A stretch of 32,000 bases of DNA from Coprobacillaceae bacterium (lineage in GTDB: Bacteria > Bacillota_I > Bacilli_A > Erysipelotrichales > Coprobacillaceae): the NCBI GenBank assembly GCA_963675915.1, contig OY780959.1, forward strand, positions 390,001 through 422,000, given 5' to 3'. The notes beneath the pieces were generated by a model. The model saw only the letters and a list, made by a program, of their open reading frames with translations. It ran no database searches and was not told the DNA's origin. The stretch's first letter is position 1, and every line of letters begins with the position of its first letter. This document shows positions 6,398 through 13,794 of this stretch, in pieces. Made by a program: the position numbers and the translations under genes.

Positions 6398-8773
6398 ATG
6401 AAAATAATAAAGAGAATACTTTCAATGGTTCTGGTGTTCGCATTTATCATGGGTTCATCAGGATTTAACGTTTCAGCAGCGAAGCCGCCGAAGGTGATTA
6501 CAATTTTGACACCAGAATTTGAACAAATGGAGATTGAGGCTGGCAGTACAATTAATTTTTCAATAGAAGCCCAATATGGGTTGGTGAAGGATACTGATGT
6601 AATCGATTGGTATACGAACCTTGACTCGGTTGATGGTTTTCTTGAAGAAACTGGTGTTGATTACGGTAATAAGACTGTAGTTTGGAATTTTTCTTATGAA
6701 GCTCCTACAGAATTAGAAACAGATCCAGTAGAAGTTTCATTTACTATCTTTGTTTCCGATGGCACCCCTGATGAAGCTTCATATCTAGTTAGTTTAATTG
6801 TTGTTGAACCTGAACCGCAAAATGCGCCACCGGTTATTACATCAATAAGTGTTGATGGAACTGATTTTTATGATGGAAATATAAGTGTAAGTGAAGGTGG
6901 AAGTATAGCTTTCGATGTCAATGTTACTGATGTCGATTCAAGTTCGTACACATTGACTACAAGCGCCCCAAGTTATGGAATAATTAAACCAGTAGAAAAC
7001 TCTGATTCACTTGAGTACGCTTTGAGTAGCGATTGGTCTTACCTGGATGATGATTATACTGATACTTTTAATATAATTGCAACTGATAGCGAGGGAGGAA
7101 CTAGTGAATCGTACCTGGTGACAGTTAATATCAATGCTAATCCAGTGGCGGTTGCTGATCAAATAACAACTAACTCATACGAGTCATTAGACATTGATGT
7201 CTTATCCAACGATTTCGATCCTGATGGAAATGAAAATATAGCTATAGTAAGCGTTGAGCAAGGAAGTGGCGGTATCGCGAAAACATCTGCTGACAGTACG
7301 TATATAATCTTCACGCCAAATCAAGGTGTGGATACTGGATGTTTTGAGTATACAATCACCGGGGGAGTAACTGCTACTGTGACCATTAATTTTGATAATA
7401 ATCCGGTTATTCAATATCTTACTGTTGATGGAACTGATATTTATGATGGAAATATTAGTGTGGCTGAGGATTCTAGTACAATGATGACAGTCAATGTAGA
7501 CAGTCTGGATCCTAGTTCGCTAATCGTGAATCCAACGGTACCAACTTATGGAACAGCAGTGTTTGATGAAAATTCGAATTTGCTGACATATGTTCTTGAT
7601 CCGGAATGGTCATACGCTGATGATGCCAAAACCGATACATTCTCGATTATCGCAACTGATCAGTATGGCTCAAGTGAATCATACGTGGTGACAGTTAATA
7701 TCAATGCTAAGGCAATAGCTGTTGATGACAATATCACGATGTATTCAGATGAAACAAAGGATATTTACCTGTTGACTAATGATTTGGATCCTGAAGGAGA
7801 TCCAATTTCGATAGTAAGTGTTGAACAGGTGACAGGAGGAACAACTGCTATCTCAATGGACAATCAGTATATAACATTCACACCTGCAAGTGATTTGGAG
7901 TATGCAGAGGGCACAGCTTCTGTGAGCATCATGTATACTATAACCGACGGTTCGGCTGCATACGTGTATATCACAGTCCAAATACCTCCAGTTGAAGATG
8001 ATACAATCAATTATGTGATCCTTGGTGACTCAATTGCAACTGGGACAGTTACCGGTAATGAAATGACAGATGATTGGGGTGTTCCAAGTGTAATAGATTC
8101 ATATGCGGATTATTTTGCCGATTATTTAAGAGGTTTAGGAGATGAGACGGTTAATGTTTTAGACTATTCAAAAGATGGTGATCAAGCATATCAATTATTG
8201 GAAAAGCTGACTTCTCCAGATTACAAGTATATTCAAGATGCCATAGCTGAAGCGGATGTCATCACAATAAGTATCGGAGGAAACAACCTGATGCGTGCGG
8301 CAATGGATAATTCACTAACCGGTTATGACTTCGATAATGTAGACTTGGATGATGCTGAACTTGGTAGACAAGAATTTGCCCGGGATTGGCCTCAAATAGT
8401 TGAATTGCTGGATGTATTGACTGACGGCGAAGATAATGAGAGCGTTGATGCGGATATTATTGTTAATACAGTATATAATCCGTATTGGACCGATGATGAC
8501 CTATACGATGCCGTTGATTCGTTATTGAATGGTACTCAAGGAATCAACACGGTGATTAAAGACAACGCTGCCATGTATGACGTCGCTGATGTTTATAGCA
8601 GTTTTTCGGCCTATAATGGCTCAATTGATGAAATGAACGAAGTGACCTATATGTACACTGACAAAACCATGAGAGTGTTCTGGTTCATAGTGGTGGAACT
8701 GAGAAATCCTCATCCAACTGCATATGGTCAAAGTTTGATTTATGATGCAGTTGTTTATCAATATGAAAATTAG
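6398..8773 (+). CDS. secreted multidomain protein: two Ig/cadherin-like repeat modules plus a C-terminal SGNH/GDSL hydrolase
   Basis: Sec signal peptide (…FNVSAAK). Repeated modules carry SNDFDPDG / TNDLDPEG motifs. The C-terminus has VILGDSIATG, ISIGGNNL and NPHPTAYGQ (SGNH blocks I, III, V). GAAGGAGA RBS. Confidence 0.85.
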   Translation: MKIIKRILSMVLVFAFIMGSSGFNVSAAKPPKVITILTPEFEQMEIEAGSTINFSIEAQYGLVKDTDVIDWYTNLDSVDGFLEETGVDYGNKTVVWNFSYEAPTELETDPVEVSFTIFVSDGTPDEASYLVSLIVVEPEPQNAPPVITSISVDGTDFYDGNISVSEGGSIAFDVNVTDVDSSSYTLTTSAPSYGIIKPVENSDSLEYALSSDWSYLDDDYTDTFNIIATDSEGGTSESYLVTVNINANPVAVADQITTNSYESLDIDVLSNDFDPDGNENIAIVSVEQGSGGIAKTSADSTYIIFTPNQGVDTGCFEYTITGGVTATVTINFDNNPVIQYLTVDGTDIYDGNISVAEDSSTMMTVNVDSLDPSSLIVNPTVPTYGTAVFDENSNLLTYVLDPEWSYADDAKTDTFSIIATDQYGSSESYVVTVNINAKAIAVDDNITMYSDETKDIYLLTNDLDPEGDPISIVSVEQVTGGTTAISMDNQYITFTPASDLEYAEGTASVSIMYTITDGSAAYVYITVQIPPVEDDTINYVILGDSIATGTVTGNEMTDDWGVPSVIDSYADYFADYLRGLGDETVNVLDYSKDGDQAYQLLEKLTSPDYKYIQDAIAEADVITISIGGNNLMRAAMDNSLTGYDFDNVDLDDAELGRQEFARDWPQIVELLDVLTDGEDNESVDADIIVNTVYNPYWTDDDLYDAVDSLLNGTQGINTVIKDNAAMYDVADVYSSFSAYNGSIDEMNEVTYMYTDKTMRVFWFIVVELRNPHPTAYGQSLIYDAVVYQYEN
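6824..7980 (+). repeat. intragenic tandem duplication (two units of about 573 nt / 191 aa)
   Basis: GTTGATGGAACTGAT occurs at 6851 and 7424. An identical 23-mer GTGACAGTTAATATCAATGCTAA occurs at 7118 and 7688. The protein units align from APPVITSISVDGTDFYDGNISV and NNPVIQYLTVDGTDIYDGNISV. Confidence 0.85.
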
Positions 8774-8781
8774 ATGATTTA

Positions 8782-8819
8782 AAGCAGTATCAATGTGTAA
8801 TGCGTTGATACTGCTTTTG
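8782..8819 (+). terminator. intrinsic terminator of the secreted-protein gene
   Basis: AAGCAGTATCAA (8782-8793) pairs with TTGATACTGCTT (8805-8816), followed by TTT. Confidence 0.85.
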
Positions 8820-8936
8820 TCTAAAATTTTAAGAATGTATAAAATAATGGATATCTCTTTTTGTTTACATTAATCCCTATAATGGTAAAATAATAATAAG
8901 TATTAAACTTTATTAGATTCAAAAGGAGGGGAAATC

Positions 8937-9938
8937 ATGACATTGGAGATTATTCGTGATGATATTACCAGGATGAAGGTTGATGCTGTAGTCAACCCAA
9001 CTGATTATCTGTTTTCTGGTAGCGGCGGAGTTGACAAAGCGATACATCAGGCCGCTGGAGAGGGTTTAAGCAAAGAATGTAAAATGTTGGATCCGTTGGC
9101 AGTAGGTGAGGTGAAAATCACCCGAGGGTATGATTTGCCGGCTGAATATATTATCCATACGGTTGGACCGTATTGGGAAGACGGCAACCATAGTGAGGAG
9201 CAGTTACTCGAGCGATGCTACATGAACGCTTTAAATCTATCGCAGGAAAATAATCTTACTACTGTTGCTTTTCCTTTGATTGCGACCGGTACTTTCGGAT
9301 TTCCCAAGGACCGAGCCTTAAGAATCGCGACTGAAATTATCAGTAAATTTTTGCTTAATAGTGAGTTGACTGTTTACCTGGTTGTTTATGACCGGAAATC
9401 ATATCAGTTATCCAAACGGTTATTCAAGGCCATTTCAGAATATATCGATGATAACTATCTTGCTGAAAAGCCAGTTAGATTACAAAGCAGCAGAGCGATG
9501 GAATATATGGAGGCTGAGGTTGACCTTTTAGATATCCAAGTGGAGGCACTTTATAGTGAAAAGAAGACCAGAAGCCTCGATGAATTGGCTGATAACCTGG
9601 ATGATACATTTTCCCAAATGTTGCTACGCCTGATTGATGAAAAAGGCATGACTGACGTTGCTACCTACAAGAAAGCCAATGTTGACCGGAAGCTTTTTTC
9701 CAAGATTCGCAATGATGACGACTATCAGCCCAATAAACGCACGGCAGTCGCGTTTGCCATCGCTTTGGAGTTGAATCTTGATGAGACCAAGGATTTGCTT
9801 CTTAGTGCCGGTTATGCCCTTTCGAAAAGCAACATGTTCGATGTTATCATTGAGTATTTCATCGAGGAGCACAACTACAATATCTTCCAAATCAATGAAG
9901 CGCTTTTTGAGTTCGACCAGAAGATTTTGGGCCACTAA
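8937..9938 (+). CDS. macro domain (MacroD/YmdB-like ADP-ribose-processing) protein with a C-terminal HTH-like domain
   Basis: VDAVVNPTD..GSGGVDKAIHQAAG, IIHTVGPYW and TVAFPLIATGTFGFP are macro-domain motifs. The C-terminal ~110 aa is helical and HTH-like (TDVATYKKANVDRKLFSKI...). AGGAGGGG RBS. Confidence 0.8.
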   Translation: MTLEIIRDDITRMKVDAVVNPTDYLFSGSGGVDKAIHQAAGEGLSKECKMLDPLAVGEVKITRGYDLPAEYIIHTVGPYWEDGNHSEEQLLERCYMNALNLSQENNLTTVAFPLIATGTFGFPKDRALRIATEIISKFLLNSELTVYLVVYDRKSYQLSKRLFKAISEYIDDNYLAEKPVRLQSSRAMEYMEAEVDLLDIQVEALYSEKKTRSLDELADNLDDTFSQMLLRLIDEKGMTDVATYKKANVDRKLFSKIRNDDDYQPNKRTAVAFAIALELNLDETKDLLLSAGYALSKSNMFDVIIEYFIEEHNYNIFQINEALFEFDQKILGH

Positions 9939-10020
9939 AATCAATTGTCGCCTTAAAGGCGACCACATTGGATGATCATAGTGCTATTCTTTAATCAGAA
10001 AGATTAAGGAGGAAGACATT

Positions 10021-10683
10021 ATGAAAAAAGGTTTAACCGAATTAGTATTTATTTTAGATCGAAGCGGGTCAATGAGCGGCCTTGAAAGTGAAACAATCGG
10101 AGGGTATAACTCTTTGATTGAAAAGCAGAAAAAAGAAGCTGGAGAAGCTCTGATTTCCACGGTCCTGTTTGATAATGAATATGAACTGCTTCATGACCGG
10201 ATTAACATCAAAGAAGTCTATCCAATCACTGATGACGAGTATTATGTCAGAGGTTCAACGGCGCTGCAAGATGCGGTGGGAATCACTATTCGCAATATCA
10301 GTTATCTCCATAAACATCTAAGTGAAAGTGAGCTACCCGAACATGTGATGTTCGTGATAACCACTGATGGTATGGAGAATGCAAGTCGGGAATATTCCTA
10401 CCATCAAATTCGCGAAATGGTCGAAAACCAAAAGGACAAGCACGGTTGGGAGTTTATTTTCCTGGGTGCCAATATTGATGCTTTGGCCACGGCGCGACGC
10501 TTTGGAATCAACGCGGATCGGGCCACCAATTACAATGCTGACAGCAAAGGGACAGATCTCAATTATCAGGTTCTTAGTGATACCGTCAGTGAATTTAGAA
10601 CTCACAAATCAATCAAGGCCAGCTGGAAGGATGAAATCGAGCAAGATTTCAAGAAACGCAACAATAAAAAAAGCCGGAAATAA
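10021..10683 (+). CDS. cytoplasmic von Willebrand factor A (vWA) domain protein, TerY-like size
   Basis: MIDAS elements are present: ILDRSGSMSG (DxSxS), GSTALQDA, ITTDGMEN. There is no signal peptide and the tail is basic. AAGGAGGA RBS. Confidence 0.8.
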   Translation: MKKGLTELVFILDRSGSMSGLESETIGGYNSLIEKQKKEAGEALISTVLFDNEYELLHDRINIKEVYPITDDEYYVRGSTALQDAVGITIRNISYLHKHLSESELPEHVMFVITTDGMENASREYSYHQIREMVENQKDKHGWEFIFLGANIDALATARRFGINADRATNYNADSKGTDLNYQVLSDTVSEFRTHKSIKASWKDEIEQDFKKRNNKKSRK

Positions 10684-10721
10684 CTTTCCAAATGACTAAT
10701 AATTTCCGCGATTAAAGTTAG

Positions 10722-10743
10722 AAAGCCAATTACTGGCTTTTTG
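10722..10743 (+). terminator. intrinsic terminator after the vWA gene
   Basis: AAAGCCA (10722-10728), loop ATTAC, TGGCTTT (10734-10740), with a T-run running on. Confidence 0.7.
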
Positions 10744-10807
10744 TGCTTTAATGCTAAGATTCAATATATCAATTACGATCCAATTGCCTGTGGATACCAA
10801 ACTTCTT

Positions 10808-10836
10808 TTGCATTTATTGGTAATGAGTGATAAAAT
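10808..10836 (+). promoter_or_regulatory. candidate sigma-A promoter for the membrane-protein block
   Basis: TTGCAT (10808-10813), 17-nt spacer, TAAAAT (10831-10836). This implies a leader of about 135 nt before ATG 10980. Confidence 0.45.
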
Positions 10837-10979
10837 TTACATATACGGATATGTTGTAAATATAGAGTTGCCAGATGAGCATCTGTCTGGTCATATGAGA
10901 ATACCGATATTGGGGGAATAGTAGGACTGCTGTCTTGCTGTCGCCCTTTTTTTGTATTATACAAGTAGGAGATAAGATA

Positions 10980-11438
10980 ATGAGAAAGTTGGATGAAAGT
11001 AGATTCCGAGCGGTGTTGCTGATAATGTTTGGGGGCTTTGTCTTGGGAATCATCGGAATGCTGCTGTTTACAGCAGTGGTGCAAATTGGATTAGAATTAT
11101 CCCATGACGAGATTACGACTCTAACTTTGGTAGTTGCCTCGGTATTATGTGTAGCAATTGCCTGGGGACTGATGATATTAGTTGTTAGAGCTAAGCTTAC
11201 TGATACTATCAAAGCTACTTTTTTAACATTCCCGGTTGAACTTACGTATTTTGCGTTAATGATGCTCCTTGGCAATTCACTTGACTCTCCGGTTGTTTCA
11301 GTGATTGGAATTGGAACTGTTTTGGCGACTGGAATATTATGGTACTTTAACAAAAAGAATTTTCGATGGCAATATTTTATCTCTGTAATTTATTCAATTA
11401 TCTTGATGATGGGATATTTTTTTCTAATGATCCCTTGA
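10980..11438 (+). CDS. 4-TM membrane protein, 'IKATFL / WxYYF' family, copy 1
   Basis: ATG 10980 has an AGGAGA RBS (the track ORF starts earlier at 10935). It is a paralog of 12238-12654 (KLTDTIKATFL, RWQYF). Confidence 0.75.
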   Translation: MRKLDESRFRAVLLIMFGGFVLGIIGMLLFTAVVQIGLELSHDEITTLTLVVASVLCVAIAWGLMILVVRAKLTDTIKATFLTFPVELTYFALMMLLGNSLDSPVVSVIGIGTVLATGILWYFNKKNFRWQYFISVIYSIILMMGYFFLMIP

Positions 11439-11483
11439 TATTTTTTCAAGGCTGAAGATTCCATAATTCAAGGAGGAAGTGTC

Positions 11484-12185
11484 ATGAAATCAAAAGACAT
11501 CATAACTTATGGATATATCATTATCCTGACTTTCCTGTTGATGGGAGCTAATTTCCTGTTTGGCGGGGGAGTTCAATCAAAAATTCTGATGGTGACAATC
11601 AGAGTGTCTTTGATGATTGTCGCAATTGTCAGCAAGAAAAAGTACCCTGAACAACAACTCTTGGTCATCGCTTTTATCTTGTCGGTGATTTCGGACTTGT
11701 TTTTGACCATTCTCGAGTTGGTTACTCCGTATCGGCCCATTTATGACATCATTGGAATCTTGGGCTTCTTTGGTACCTATATAGTTTTAAATACAGTATT
11801 TATCAGGAATTATCGCTTTAAGATTCTTGATTTAATTGCTGCTTTGCCGTTTTTGGCGGCTTATGGAATTATTATTAGGACTTTGATTCCCTTTGTATCC
11901 GGACCGCTGCGGCTGGTGGCTATATTTTTAGGGGCAATACTTTGCTTCACGGCAACCAATATGGTGGCTACGGTTTACCGGGGGTTTTATCGTAAGAGGA
12001 TTGCATATCTGATTGCTTTGTCAGGAACGATGATATTTGTCTGTGATATGTTCGTTGCCTTTTCGATGTTTCATCCTGAATACCAGCGCTTTATCCTCTG
12101 GGTCGAGAACACAACCTGGATCATCTATACGAGTGAATGGCTGATTTTGCTGGTGATAATAAGGGCTAAGAAGCTGCACAATTAA
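11484..12185 (+). CDS. YhhN-like polytopic membrane protein (lysoplasmalogenase family), copy 1
   Basis: About 7-8 TM segments. The SD-containing motifs ILSVISDLFL and MIFVCDMFVAFSMF resemble YhhN/TMEM86 signatures. AAGGAGGA RBS. Confidence 0.6.
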   Translation: MKSKDIITYGYIIILTFLLMGANFLFGGGVQSKILMVTIRVSLMIVAIVSKKKYPEQQLLVIAFILSVISDLFLTILELVTPYRPIYDIIGILGFFGTYIVLNTVFIRNYRFKILDLIAALPFLAAYGIIIRTLIPFVSGPLRLVAIFLGAILCFTATNMVATVYRGFYRKRIAYLIALSGTMIFVCDMFVAFSMFHPEYQRFILWVENTTWIIYTSEWLILLVIIRAKKLHN

Positions 12186-12237
12186 TTCCGGATTATTTTT
12201 AAAATAGGCGTTCAACATTTTTAAGGAGGTTTTTAAT

Positions 12238-12654
12238 ATGAATGAAAATAAACTCAAATCGGGTCTGTTCATTCTTTTTGGCGGCTTTATAATGGTACCG
12301 CTATTTGTTGCTATTTCGCTGATGTTCTATATCGAGGGCATCGAATCATATTTCATCAATGGCGTGATTGGACTAATTGCCGTAGTCATAACATTTTTCG
12401 TGATCAGATCAAAATTAAGCGATAAAATCAAGGCTACTTTCCTGATTTTGCCAGTAGTGTTGGGATTTTATACCTTCGCTGTGGTGATAATGTCTCAAAC
12501 CACCAACGTTCTGATTTACGGATTAATGCCGGCAGTTATAATTTTGGCATTGGCCTATTTTATTTTGCGTTATTTAAAGGCTACCTGGCATTATTATTTC
12601 GCGGTCGCGGTTGGGGTTGGGATAATGTTGGTGCCAATTCTTTTAGGTGAATAG
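12238..12654 (+). CDS. 4-TM membrane protein, 'IKATFL / WxYYF' family, copy 2
   Basis: AAGGAGG RBS. Motifs KLSDKIKATFL and ATWHYYF are shared with the other copies. Confidence 0.8.
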   Translation: MNENKLKSGLFILFGGFIMVPLFVAISLMFYIEGIESYFINGVIGLIAVVITFFVIRSKLSDKIKATFLILPVVLGFYTFAVVIMSQTTNVLIYGLMPAVIILALAYFILRYLKATWHYYFAVAVGVGIMLVPILLGE

Positions 12655-12671
12655 TTGGAAGCATATCCTAA

Positions 12672-12917
12672 ACCGCTGGTGAATTGGTTATCTTCTTGCT
12701 ATTAGGTGGCAATTATCTTGGGATTATTCTATACGGTTTGAAATCGGTGAAGTACTTTACCTTGATTTATGCTTTGATGGGAATCATCTTTGAAATCATC
12801 TTGAGATTGACAAGTTCCGATTATTCTTTGATTATTATATCCACTTAGATAGGAACATCAATCGGATTCGCCCTAGGGTGGTATGAATATCGACATAACC
12901 ATAAGAACAGCGAATAA
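12672..12917 (+). pseudogene. fossil of a polytopic-LRR membrane gene (internal TM fragment with an in-frame TAG)
   Basis: Reads ..LVIFLLLGGNYLGIILYGLKSVKYFTLIYALMG..IIIST*IGTSIGFALGWYEYRHNHKNSE. This aligns with MLVAGGNFIGIFLYGRKAWPFFTLIYFTFG..LLTTAIGSSIGVSLGLYSDNLKRGNRG of 17286-18578. There is no start codon, a TAG at 12846-12848, and no LRR part. Confidence 0.65.
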
Positions 12918-12965
12918 TAAATAATTGATTTCCCTATGTTATCAAAGATAGCAGGAGTAATTTGA

Positions 12966-13208
12966 TTATTGTTGCATTATAAAACCCCTAAGTAAGATCG
13001 AATATTTTCTGACTTGACTTAGGGGTAATAGTTCATTGATGCTGTTCTTCTTTGGACTTTTTGATTCTTCGGCGAGTAAAATTACCAGGAATATCCCGAT
13101 TCCGACAAATATCTCCCCGGTAGTATTATCGAGCAACATAACCAGAAAACCAAAGACAATTGACATAATTCCCAATATATAGATAATTCGATTGAATAGT
13201 TTGTTCAT
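12966..13208 (-). CDS. 2-TM miniprotein, copy 1
   Basis: MNKLFNRIIYILGIMSIVFGFLVMLLDNT... is nearly identical at the N-terminus to 15097-15279. The two share a 43-nt identical DNA stretch. Confidence 0.65.
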   Translation of the reverse strand: MNKLFNRIIYILGIMSIVFGFLVMLLDNTTGEIFVGIGIFLVILLAEESKSPKKNSINELLPLSQVRKYSILLRGFIMQQ

Positions 13209-13291
13209 TTTAATCGCTTCTTCAAGTGGCTATTCGATTTCAGGTAGGGAAAATATCTCGGTAATCAATGAATTTGAAGGGAGTTAATGCA

Positions 13292-13664
13292 ATGGATGAA
13301 AATGAACTCAGAACGGGTCTTTTCATTGCTTTTGTGGATTTGCCTTGGTGGTTATTGTTGTCTCCATCTCACTGGTGGAGTGTATTGAAGGCATCGAAGC
13401 ATATTTTGTCAACGGGGTGTTTGTACTCATTGCTACCGTGCTCACATTTATATCATCAAGTCAAGGTCAAGTGATAAAATCAAGGCTACTTTCCTGACTT
13501 TGCCGGTGGCCTTGGCATTTGATGCTATCGCGAGGTTTATCATGACTCAAACCGAGCAGGTGCTTATTTACGGTGTTTTTCTGGTTGCGATATTTTTAGC
13601 GGTTGCATATGTTGGTTTGTGGTATTTCAAAGCTTCCTGGCATAACTATTTCGCGAATGCCTGA
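13292..13664 (+). pseudogene. 4-TM 'IKATFL / WxYYF' family, copy 3, disrupted by at least two frameshifts
   Basis: MDENELRTGLFIAF.. runs in one frame, GFALVVIVVSISLVECIEGIEAYFVNGV.. in a second, and ..SDKIKATFLTLPVALAFDAIARF..ASWHNYFANA* in a third. Each segment aligns to consecutive parts of 12238-12654. GAAGGGAG RBS. Confidence 0.75.
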
Positions 13665-13794
13665 CTAAACTGGCTTATTGCTGGTGAGTTTGCTTTTGAA
13701 CCAGTAAAAAGGTCTGTCTTCAATCACCAATATTTAGGAAAGGGGTGATTTCATTAAGTCTAAATTTATTTATTATCGGATTCGCCAATTTACA

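Noticed and set aside
10773-11353. 103-aa and 179-aa minus-strand ORFs
   Set aside because: They are antisense to the 4-TM gene 10980-11438, which is supported by three paralogs and a good RBS.
13268-13474. 68-aa ORF taken as an intact gene
   Set aside because: Only its first ~14 residues after MDENEL match the 4-TM family. The rest of the family sequence continues in two other frames, so it is the head of a frameshifted pseudogene.
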